DNA of 248,000 nt, taken from Hyalangium minutum. Lineage in GTDB: Bacteria; Myxococcota; Myxococcia; Myxococcales; Myxococcaceae. The notes beneath the pieces are model-generated. The model had not been told where the DNA came from and ran no database searches. It worked only from the letters and a program-made list of their open reading frames with translations. This document shows, piece after piece, positions 188,459-199,109 of this stretch (its first letter is position 1; the number at the start of each line of letters is the position of its first letter). A program made the translations under genes and the position numbers. Location of the stretch: contig NZ_JMCB01000004.1 in assembly GCF_000737315.1 (NCBI RefSeq), positions 20,001 through 268,000 on the forward strand. Reading direction: 5' to 3'.

Positions 188459-189655
188459 TCACGAGTGCAGCGGAGTGTCCCCGGGCTTCTGCACCGGCGC
188501 CTGCTCCTGGTCCTGCGCCCCCCGCTCTGGGGCCGGCCCTCGGCGGCCCGGCACCTGCGCTTGGCCCTCGCGGTTCTGGGCCAGCGGGAGCTGCTCGCCG
188601 TGCACCTCCGGCTGGGCACTGGTGCTCACTTGCCCCTCGCGCTGCACTCGCAGCGAGTTGTGGACGTCCTTCACCCCGAGCACGGACTCGGCGAGCGCCT
188701 CGATGGCCCGCTTCTCGTCCCGGCTCTTCACCGTCCCCAGGAGGATGATCTCACCGTCTTTGACCTGGACGTCGACGTTCTCGGCGTCCATCCAGCTCAT
188801 CATGAGCCGGTCGCACAGCTCCTCGCGGATGCGGGAGTCCGAGCGCTGGTAGCCCTTCGGCCCCCGGCCCATGGGACGTGTTGCGCTCTCGCGGTAGGTG
188901 CCGCCCAGCATGCCCCCGTGCCCCAGCTCGCGATCCCCATTCTCCCGGCGGGTCATGCTGGTACCGTAGCCCGTGCGGAGGGGTTCCATGTTCTCCACGC
189001 CGGGTCCATGTCCGTAGCGCGGCTCATAGTCCCGGTGGTGGCGCTGCTCGCTGTATCGATGGCGAAGCTCGGACAGGTCGTCCAGGTCATGCAGCCCCGC
189101 GAGGTTGTAGTGGGGACGCTCCTCCCGCTCGGGCGCTTCACCCCTCCACCGCTCAGTGTCGTAAGGCCGGCTGGAGGGGCCCATCCGCTCCCCGTACCGC
189201 TGCGGGCGCCCCCGCTCCTCGCGCAACTCGTCGTGGAAGGAGCCGCTCGGACTGGCCCGCCAATCCTCCCGGTCGACGTCGCCGGGGGCTCGGCCCCACA
189301 TCTCGCGATCCCGATCGTCATACCGGCGCACGTCCCGCTCACGCCCCGGGTCCCGGAACCGCCGCTCGCCCTGCTCTCGGGGCAGCTCCCGCGAGCCAAA
189401 GTCCTCCCGCCCCCGGCCGAATCTCTTCTCGTCGGCACTCCGGGTCAGCTCATCCCGGGTAGAGCGAGCGCGCTCGGTGCCGCGCATGTCCGCGCGCTCC
189501 CAATCACGGCCCAGCCGCTCGCCCTCTCCGTAGCCCCGCTCGTCCGAACCGCGGTGGCGATCGGTTCGTCGATCCGCCTCCGCATCGCGCACGTCGCCTC
189601 GGAATCGCTTCTCATCATCACGCCTGCCTGCCATCGCGGCCTCCCCCTGGGGCAC
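188459..189655 (-). CDS. BON-domain protein with long charged N-terminus
   Basis: GRGPKGYQRSD.RI.E... Confidence 0.78.
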   Translation of the reverse strand: MPQGEAAMAGRRDDEKRFRGDVRDAEADRRTDRHRGSDERGYGEGERLGRDWERADMRGTERARSTRDELTRSADEKRFGRGREDFGSRELPREQGERRFRDPGRERDVRRYDDRDREMWGRAPGDVDREDWRASPSGSFHDELREERGRPQRYGERMGPSSRPYDTERWRGEAPEREERPHYNLAGLHDLDDLSELRHRYSEQRHHRDYEPRYGHGPGVENMEPLRTGYGTSMTRRENGDRELGHGGMLGGTYRESATRPMGRGPKGYQRSDSRIREELCDRLMMSWMDAENVDVQVKDGEIILLGTVKSRDEKRAIEALAESVLGVKDVHNSLRVQREGQVSTSAQPEVHGEQLPLAQNREGQAQVPGRRGPAPERGAQDQEQAPVQKPGDTPLHS

Positions 189656-189782
189656 TCAGCCAGCCCCATGCTCGTACGCACGCCTGGCCGCTCCTGGCCA
189701 GGGTCTCTCCTGGAGGTTCGTGTCCGTCCGGGCGCGCGGCAATGAGCCCCTTGCGTGCTCGATGGGCAGGCAGGAGAGACGC

Positions 189783-191168
189783 CTACGACGCGAGCTCCAC
189801 CCGCTCCAGGTACCGGGGCACTGCGGCCTTCCAGCCCTGGGACTCCACGCGGTTCTTCAGCGCCTGGAGCGCCGAGGGCTCACCGTGCACCAGCAGCGTC
189901 TGCCGGGGCGGTGACTCGAAGCCCTCCATCCAGCGCAGCGTCTCGGTCCAGTCCGCGTGCGCGGAGAACCCGCTCACCACGCGGATGTCCGCCTCCACCG
190001 GGATCATCTCCCCGTGGATCTTGATCTGCTTCTCCCCATCCAGCAGGCGCCGCCCGCGCGTGCCCTCGGACTGGTAGCCCACGAAGAGCACGGTGTTTCG
190101 CGCGTCCGGCAGCCGGTGCTTCATGTGGTGCAGCACCCGGCCGCCCGTGGCCATCCCCGACGCGGAGATGATGATCCCCGGCCCCTCGTGCATGTTGAGC
190201 CGCTTGCTGTCGTTCGGCGAGGTGACGAACCGCGTGCGCCGCGTGGCCAGTGGCGTCTTCCCGCGCTCCACCAGCGAGCTCATGCCCAGGTCATGCTCCT
190301 CCGGGTGCGCCAGGTAGATCGGGGTGGCGTCGCACGCCATGGGCGAGTCCACGAACACATCCATCTCCGGAATCCGGCTCGCCTCCTCCAGGTTGCGCAG
190401 GTGGTAGAGCAGCTCCTGCGTCCTCCCCACCGCGAAGGCGGGGATGATCACCATGCCCCGGCGGTCGTAGGCCCGCTTCACCGCGTTGCACAGCGCCTCC
190501 TCGGGGCGCGTCTCGCCGTGCTCCCGGTCACCGTAGGTGCTCTCCACCACCAGCGTGGTGGCCCCGCTCACGCTCTCCGGATCCCTCAGGATGGGCGCGT
190601 TGTAGCGGCCGAGATCTCCACTGAACACCACGCGTTGGCCCGTGCTCTTCAAGTCGAAGGCGCACACCGCCGAGCCCAGGATGTGGCCCGCCCTATAAAA
190701 GGTGAGGGTGATGCCCGGGAGGATCTGCTTGGGCCGCTCGTAACCGAACGTCTCCATCAGCCTCACCGCTCGCTCGGCATCCTGTACCCCGTAGAGCGGC
190801 AGTGCCGGCTGGTGCCGGGAGTAGTGCTCCTTGTTGGCGTAGCGCGCCTCTTCCTCTTGGAGGTGCGCCGAGTCCGGCAGCAGCAGCGCCGACAAGTCCC
190901 GCGTCCCCGAGGTGCAGTACACCGAGCCGTTGTAGCCCTCGCGCACCACCCGCGGCAGCCCGCCCGTGTGGTCGATATGCGCGTGCGTCAGGACGATCGC
191001 ATCCAGGCTCGAGGCCGGGACGGGGAGGGGCTCCCAGTTGCGCTGCCGCAGCTCCTTCTTGCCCTGGAATAGCCCGCAGTCGACGAGCACGCGCTGCCCC
191101 TCGTGCTCCAGCAGGAACTTCGAGCCGGTGACGGTACCCGCGGCACCGAGGAAATGGATGGAGGCCAT
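189783..191168 (-). CDS. MBL/beta-CASP metallo-hydrolase (RNA processing family)
   Basis: THAHIDH, ESTYG, SAHAD. Confidence 0.92.
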   Translation of the reverse strand: MASIHFLGAAGTVTGSKFLLEHEGQRVLVDCGLFQGKKELRQRNWEPLPVPASSLDAIVLTHAHIDHTGGLPRVVREGYNGSVYCTSGTRDLSALLLPDSAHLQEEEARYANKEHYSRHQPALPLYGVQDAERAVRLMETFGYERPKQILPGITLTFYRAGHILGSAVCAFDLKSTGQRVVFSGDLGRYNAPILRDPESVSGATTLVVESTYGDREHGETRPEEALCNAVKRAYDRRGMVIIPAFAVGRTQELLYHLRNLEEASRIPEMDVFVDSPMACDATPIYLAHPEEHDLGMSSLVERGKTPLATRRTRFVTSPNDSKRLNMHEGPGIIISASGMATGGRVLHHMKHRLPDARNTVLFVGYQSEGTRGRRLLDGEKQIKIHGEMIPVEADIRVVSGFSAHADWTETLRWMEGFESPPRQTLLVHGEPSALQALKNRVESQGWKAAVPRYLERVELAS

Positions 191169-191177
191169 CCCTCCAGT

Positions 191178-191408
191178 CTAGTCGCGCACGTCCTGCAGGT
191201 CGGGAAGATTGTCCGGGTCGATCTTCAGCATCACACACAGCCGCGTCAGCGTGGAGACGCTCGGCAGCAGCCGCCCGCGCTCGATGCTCCCGTAGCTCAT
191301 GGGGGGCAGGTCGACCCGGCGGGCGACCTCTTCCTGCGACAGGCCTGCCTTCTCCCGGGCCTCGCGGATGGCGGCTCCGAGGGCGATGGCCCGTTCTCTC
191401 TGACTCAT
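191178..191408 (-). CDS. XRE-family HTH regulator
   Basis: LSQEEVAR...YGSIERG..LPS. Confidence 0.85.
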   Translation of the reverse strand: MSQRERAIALGAAIREAREKAGLSQEEVARRVDLPPMSYGSIERGRLLPSVSTLTRLCVMLKIDPDNLPDLQDVRD

Positions 191409-191537
191409 GGGGGAACTCCCTGGGGGCCTTCCAGCCTAGTCCATACGACGCAATGAGTCTTTCGACGGCCCTCTTTCATTCGGGGGCTACTCTCGACGTA
191501 GAGTCGCTGTAAATTTACCCTTTGGGTTGTCCGCTAT

Positions 191538-192773
191538 ATGAAACGAGGAGCCCCTTCCATGCCGAGCACTTCCTCGGTCCATTCCCCCCTGGCCGGTCCC
191601 GTGCTGCTGCAGTCCGGTCGCACCACCTATGAGCTCGTCCGGCCCCTGGAGCACACCTGGCACGGAGAGCTGCTGCTGGCACGGCGGCACTTCGACTCGA
191701 ACATGGGGGACTACGTCGTCCTCAAGCGGCTGAGCCGCGACTGCCGCGAGGAGGACTACCGCCGGCTCATGGAGGAGGTGGCCATCAACGCCCGGTTGCG
191801 GCACCCCAGCATCGCGACCATGCACGACCTGGAGGGTACCGAGGGCGATCCTTACCTCGTGCTGGAGTATGTGGAGGGGCACCGCCTGGACGCCCTGCTC
191901 GCGCTGTCCACCCAGGTGGGCAAGCCGCTCTCCGAGGCGTTCGCCTGTTACGTGGGGGCCGAGGTCGCCGACGCGCTTCACCACGCTCACCTGCTCACCA
192001 ACGAGCAGGGGCGGTGGATGCGCCTGGTCCACCGCAACGTGTCGCTGGACACCATCATCCTGGGCAACCAGGGGCAGGTGAAGCTCACCGACTTCGGAGC
192101 CGTCTGGTCCTCGGATCCCTCGCGCTACCCCACGGAGGACGATGCGCTGCCCAACAACCTCGCGTATGCCTCGCCCGAGGTGACGCGCAAGGCGCAGCTG
192201 GACGGGCGCGCCGATCAATTCTCCTTGGCCGCCGTGCTCCTGCACCTGCTCACGGGCCGGCCGCTCATCGAGGGCACGGATCGGCTCACCCAGGAACTGC
192301 GCGAGCTGCGGCGCCGCGTGGACGAGGCCACCTCGCTGGGCAAGAGCGACAAGGCCGCCGTCGCGCTCGTGGTGGATCTCAAGGGGCAGATCCGCAAGCT
192401 CACCTGGTCCTTCATCGAGCAGGTCCGAGCGATGAGCACGCGGGATATCGCCGAGGCGACACGCACGCTGTCCGCGGGTCTGAGGCCCATCCTCCGGCGG
192501 GCCCTGGCGCCCAACCGGACGGATCGCTTCCCCTCGTGCGAGGAGTTCGGCCGGGAGCTGCGCCTGCACCTGTGGCGCATCGGCCAGCTCTATGGACGCA
192601 AGGAGGCGGAGCACGAGGTGGCGGCCCTGAGCAAGCGGGCCAAGGCGCGGTCTTCCTCCCGGGCGGTGACGGCTCCCAAGGCCACTGCGGCCCACCGGGC
192701 AGCCGCCCCCTCCAGCGGACGGCGGGGGGCCTCCACCGAGGGGCGTCGCAAGCGGGAGTCCCGGCCTCGGTAG
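191538..192773 (+). CDS. Ser/Thr kinase-like protein with non-canonical catalytic loop
   Basis: HRNVSLDT instead of HRD..P.N; DFG and SPE kept. Confidence 0.75.
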   Translation: MKRGAPSMPSTSSVHSPLAGPVLLQSGRTTYELVRPLEHTWHGELLLARRHFDSNMGDYVVLKRLSRDCREEDYRRLMEEVAINARLRHPSIATMHDLEGTEGDPYLVLEYVEGHRLDALLALSTQVGKPLSEAFACYVGAEVADALHHAHLLTNEQGRWMRLVHRNVSLDTIILGNQGQVKLTDFGAVWSSDPSRYPTEDDALPNNLAYASPEVTRKAQLDGRADQFSLAAVLLHLLTGRPLIEGTDRLTQELRELRRRVDEATSLGKSDKAAVALVVDLKGQIRKLTWSFIEQVRAMSTRDIAEATRTLSAGLRPILRRALAPNRTDRFPSCEEFGRELRLHLWRIGQLYGRKEAEHEVAALSKRAKARSSSRAVTAPKATAAHRAAAPSSGRRGASTEGRRKRESRPR

Positions 192774-192897
192774 AGAGGAGGAACCTGAGGCCAGGCTGGA
192801 CCTCCTGGAGTGCCATGGCCAGCTTTGATGGCCGGTAGCGCCGGACGGCTGGCTGTGCTAGGCCGCCCCTCTCCCTCCCGAGGAGACAGGAGAACGT

Positions 192898-193305
192898 ATG
192901 GGTCGCCGTCAGATCCGCGTCGTAGGCGCGATGCTCCAGAACGACGAAGGGTGCTACCTGATCACCCAGCGCCCTCCCAAGGCGTCGCTGCCCCTGCTGT
193001 GGGAGTTTCCCGGCGGCAGGGTGGAAGAGGGGGAGACCGATGCCCAGGCGCTCGCGCGGGAGATCCGCGAGGAGATGGGTGTCGACGTCACCGTGCTCGA
193101 TCAGGCGATGCACACGCATCACGAGTACCCGAAATATGACATCGACTTCCGCGTCTTCCGCTGCCGCCTGGCCCACGCGAAGGCCGAGATCCAGCACCTG
193201 CGCGTGCACGATCACCGCTGGGTGACGCTGGAGCAGATGTCGCAGTACCAGTTCCCCGACGCAGACGCGAAGACGCTGGCGAAGCTGCTCGATCTGGAAT
193301 CGTGA
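192898..193305 (+). CDS. NUDIX hydrolase (MutT-like)
   Basis: WEFPGGRVE.GE...REIREE. Confidence 0.92.
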   Translation: MGRRQIRVVGAMLQNDEGCYLITQRPPKASLPLLWEFPGGRVEEGETDAQALAREIREEMGVDVTVLDQAMHTHHEYPKYDIDFRVFRCRLAHAKAEIQHLRVHDHRWVTLEQMSQYQFPDADAKTLAKLLDLES

Positions 193306-193306
193306 C

Positions 193307-194251
193307 GTGGGACGCCTCGCCGCGGTGCTGATCGCGGGCGTGGCCTGCATCTGTGCTTGCTCGCGCTCCAAGCCGGTGTCGGCCCAGCAGGACGGCGCGC
193401 GGGACGCGGGCCTCCGCCTCTATTCCCCCGCCACGGGAGTCCCCGGCTGCACCCTCTATGGAGCGCCTCGGCAGACGGGCACCGTGCCCGCCGAGCTGGG
193501 GGAGCTGTCCGGCCTGGCCGCCAGCACGCGGCACGAGGGGATCTTCTGGGCCCACAATGACTCGGACGACGCCTTCCGCGTGTATGCCTTGGAGGACAGC
193601 GGAAAGATTCGCGCCACGATGACCCTGACGGGGGCCAAGCCCACGGACCTCGAGGACATCGCCGTGGGGCCGTGCGAGCCCCGGGCCGAGGCCCCCCCGT
193701 GCCTCTACCTGGCGGACACAGGAGACAACTTCCAGCGCCGCAAGGAGGTGCGCCTCTTCCGGCTGCCAGAGCCAGAGCAGCTCGCGGACGCCACCCTCCC
193801 GGTCGAGACGCTGGCGTTCACCTACCCAGACGGTCCCCACAACGTGGAGGCCCTCGTGATCGACGCCAGATCGGGCCACCTCGCTGTCATCACCAAGACA
193901 CCGGAGTCGCTGGGGGACGTCTACTCGCTGGAGGGGCTTGGCCCCAGCGCCACGGGCAAGGCGGTGAAGCTGGGCACGCTGCGCGCACCGCAAGATGTTG
194001 ACCGGTTGACGACAGGCGCGGACCTGCACCCTTCAGGCGAGCGGTTGCTGTTGAGGACGTATACCCGGGCCTGGGAGGTGCGAGGCCCCAAGGCCCAACG
194101 CCTCCAGGAGCTGATTGCGGGAGAGGTGGCCGAGGTACCTGCCGCAAGCCAGGCGCAGGCCGAGGCCATCACTTTCACTCCGGGGGGGCGCGGCTACCTG
194201 CTCGGGTCGGAGTTCGCGGGTCAACCGTTGTATCGGACGGACTGCCAATGA
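193307..194251 (+). CDS. Secreted beta-propeller-like protein
   Basis: ELSGLA, HNDS, DLEDIA. Confidence 0.7.
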   Translation: MGRLAAVLIAGVACICACSRSKPVSAQQDGARDAGLRLYSPATGVPGCTLYGAPRQTGTVPAELGELSGLAASTRHEGIFWAHNDSDDAFRVYALEDSGKIRATMTLTGAKPTDLEDIAVGPCEPRAEAPPCLYLADTGDNFQRRKEVRLFRLPEPEQLADATLPVETLAFTYPDGPHNVEALVIDARSGHLAVITKTPESLGDVYSLEGLGPSATGKAVKLGTLRAPQDVDRLTTGADLHPSGERLLLRTYTRAWEVRGPKAQRLQELIAGEVAEVPAASQAQAEAITFTPGGRGYLLGSEFAGQPLYRTDCQ

Positions 194252-194387
194252 CCTGTCGTTGGCATGATGACAACGCGAGAGGCACGTCGGGTTGACGGGT
194301 TGGCGGGGGTGACCATCTTTGCCCGGCAGGTGTGACGCCTCGCCACATGTGAGCGAGGCCTGTGGGGAGGGGCGGAGCGTGCCGACG

Positions 194388-196439
<2,052 letters not shown>

Positions 196440-196503
196440 GCGTCAGGGCAGCAGGCAGCCGTGCACCGTTCGGCTGCCTGCAGCGTCCAAAATCAGAATT
196501 AAG

Positions 196504-196770
196504 TTGAAGCGAAAGGAGGCGGCGGCCGTGGAGAACAGGATCGGGAAGAGCTACATGGCTCGGAAGGCCCTCTTCGCGAAGGGTCTGCGCGAGGGGCGGC
196601 TGACAGTGCAGGAGATTGAGACGGCCCTGCCTGCGGGGACGCTCACGGCTGCGGAGCGGTGGCTGCTGTACTACTCGCTGCGCGCCGCCCAGGTCGAGAT
196701 CATCGACGAGGTGACCGGCCAGGTGGACCACGGCTTTTCGCTCGAAGAGCCCGCGCCCCAAGAGCATTAG
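196504..196770 (+). CDS. Small protein resembling sigma-70 region 1.1
   Basis: G..EG.LT..EI...LP. Confidence 0.5.
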   Translation: MKRKEAAAVENRIGKSYMARKALFAKGLREGRLTVQEIETALPAGTLTAAERWLLYYSLRAAQVEIIDEVTGQVDHGFSLEEPAPQEH

Positions 196771-196893
196771 TCGCACATCCCGCGTTGACAGATCCGAGGA
196801 GGCGGTTACGTTCGGGTTGTTCAGGGATGTAGGTAATGAGCGACACCCACCACGGCGCGCAAGCTCGCGTCAATTGGACGACGCAGGTTTGAC

Positions 196894-197517
196894 ATGGACG
196901 GCAATCCCCGTACCGAGAGCGGCACCCAGGATCAGAATGGCGCGGAGCAGGCGGCTGCCCAGCAGCCTGCGGAGGGCTCCGCGTCCGAGCAGGCAGAGGC
197001 TCAGCAGGAGTCCCGCCCCGCGCAGGATGCGGAGCGTCAGCGGCTCGAGGCCGAGCTGGAGTCGACCCGCCGCCGCGTGGACGAGCTGGCCCGGGCCTAC
197101 CAGGCGGTCAACAAGGACCGCGAGGAGTTCAAGCAGCGGCTCACGCGCGAGCGCGAGCGGATGATGGACGTGGAGCGCGGCAACGTGGCCGTGACGCTCC
197201 TGGAGGCCATCGACGAGCTGGACCGCTGCGTCTCCATGAGCGGCCAGGAGGCCAACTCCCCGCTGGGGCAGGGCGTGAAGATGATCCGCGATGGCCTGCT
197301 GTCCAAGGTGCAGGGCATGGGCATCGAGCGCATCCAGGTGGTGGGGCAGCCGTTCGATCCCAACACCGCCGAGGCGGCGGACATGGAGATCACCCCCCAT
197401 CCGGACGAGGATCAGAAGGTGGTGGCCGAGATCCGGGCGGGCTACCGGTTCAAGGACCGCATCATCCGTCCAGCCAGAGTGAAAGTGGCCAAGTACGTGC
197501 CCCCAGCTCAGGCTTGA
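196894..197517 (+). CDS. grpE: Nucleotide exchange factor GrpE
   Basis: PFDPN, GY...DRIIRPARV.V. Confidence 0.9.
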   Translation: MDGNPRTESGTQDQNGAEQAAAQQPAEGSASEQAEAQQESRPAQDAERQRLEAELESTRRRVDELARAYQAVNKDREEFKQRLTRERERMMDVERGNVAVTLLEAIDELDRCVSMSGQEANSPLGQGVKMIRDGLLSKVQGMGIERIQVVGQPFDPNTAEAADMEITPHPDEDQKVVAEIRAGYRFKDRIIRPARVKVAKYVPPAQA

Positions 197518-197548
197518 CCGTTCGCCCAGCGGGAAATAGGCGAGGGGG

Positions 197549-199009
197549 GTGGTTGTTGCCTCCGTCGCCATGGCCCGACTGATGGTCTCTTCTTCCTTCT
197601 CACGCAGCCTGATCCCGCTCCTGGTGGTGCTCGCCACGGCCGCGAGCGCGGATCCGGGCGTGGATGCCTGGCTCAAGGCCCGTGCCCAGGAGCAGTCCGC
197701 CTGGCTCTCCTCCTCGGGGGAGCGGGGCAATGCCTCCAGTGGCCCGCTGGGCCTGTGGCGTGAGCGCGCGGCCTCGGATCCCGGTATCCAGAACTTCGTC
197801 CCGCCTACCTCGCTGGCGCCGCTGATCCGCGCGGTGGAGGCCGGGGTCGTCAACATCACCACCGTGAATGCCCGGGATCGACAAGGGGTCGCCAAGCGAT
197901 CGACGGGCTCGGGCTTCGTGCTCACGCCGGATGGGCTGGTGGTGACGAACAACCACGTGGTGTCCCAGGCGGAGCAGATCGTCGTGCGCGTGGCGGACGG
198001 CCGCGAGTTCCCCGCCAAGGTGGTGGGGCGCGATGCGTCCACGGACGTGGCGCTGCTGAGCCTGGAGACCGCGGCCCGCGAGGATCTGCCCGCGGTGTAC
198101 CTGGGCGACTCGGACAAGCTCGAGGTGGGCGACTGGGTGGTGGCGATCGGCAACCCGTTCGGGCTGGATCACTCGGTGTCGCACGGGATGATCTCCGCCA
198201 AGGAGCGCGTGCTGGGGGTGGGCGTCTTCGATGACTTCATCCAGACGGACGCGCTGATCAACCCGGGCAACTCGGGTGGCCCGCTCTTCAACATGCGCGG
198301 CGAGGTGGTGGGCGTAAACACCGCCATCATGAGCCAGGGCCAGGGCATCGGCTTCGCGGTGCCCATCAACATGGTGAAGGACCTGCTGCCCAACTTGCGC
198401 GAGAACGGCCGGCTCGAGCGCGGATGGCTCGGGGTGGACATCGACGACGCGCGTGCCACGAGCGATGGGCGCTCGCTGGTGGTGAAGGCCGTGTACCGCA
198501 GGAGCCCGGCCGCCAACGCGGGCATCCTCCCGGGCGATCGCGTGGTGGCCGTCAACGGCCGGTCTATCGGCTCGTACCTGCAGTTGCTGCGCAAGGTGGC
198601 GCTGCTGGCGCCCGGCACCGAGGCGAAGCTGACGCTGATGCGCGGCACCGAGTCGAAGGAAGTCACGGTGAAGCTGGCCGCCCGCCCGGCTCCAGAGACA
198701 CTTCAGGCCATGGCCAGCCCCGGCAACATGGAGGATCTGGGCCTGGTGCTGAGGGATCTCTCGCCGGATGTGGCGCCTCAGATGGGCTACGAGCCCTACG
198801 TGGGGGTCCTCGTCACGGGCGTGGTTCCGCGCAGCCCGGCCGCGCAGGCGGGCTTGACCCCGGGAGACTTGCTCACCGAGGTGAATCGCCGCCGCGTGAA
198901 GGACGTGGCCGCCGTGCGTGCCACCCTGGAGAAGGGTGGGGCGGGCGCCAACGTCCTGCTGCGCGTGCAGCGCGGAGACATTCAGCAATACGTGGCGATC
199001 TCGCCGTGA
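197549..199009 (+). CDS. HtrA/DegQ serine protease
   Basis: TNNHV, INPGNSGGP, two PDZ. Confidence 0.92.
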   Translation: MVVASVAMARLMVSSSFSRSLIPLLVVLATAASADPGVDAWLKARAQEQSAWLSSSGERGNASSGPLGLWRERAASDPGIQNFVPPTSLAPLIRAVEAGVVNITTVNARDRQGVAKRSTGSGFVLTPDGLVVTNNHVVSQAEQIVVRVADGREFPAKVVGRDASTDVALLSLETAAREDLPAVYLGDSDKLEVGDWVVAIGNPFGLDHSVSHGMISAKERVLGVGVFDDFIQTDALINPGNSGGPLFNMRGEVVGVNTAIMSQGQGIGFAVPINMVKDLLPNLRENGRLERGWLGVDIDDARATSDGRSLVVKAVYRRSPAANAGILPGDRVVAVNGRSIGSYLQLLRKVALLAPGTEAKLTLMRGTESKEVTVKLAARPAPETLQAMASPGNMEDLGLVLRDLSPDVAPQMGYEPYVGVLVTGVVPRSPAAQAGLTPGDLLTEVNRRRVKDVAAVRATLEKGGAGANVLLRVQRGDIQQYVAISP

Positions 199010-199109
199010 GCCTGGGGGTTGGCTGCTCCCCTGTTGTTCACTGCGTCAAAGCGCCCTGTGAGGGAGTAAGGTCGCGCTCCTCACCGTCTGACCGAGGATC
199101 CTCGGAGTC

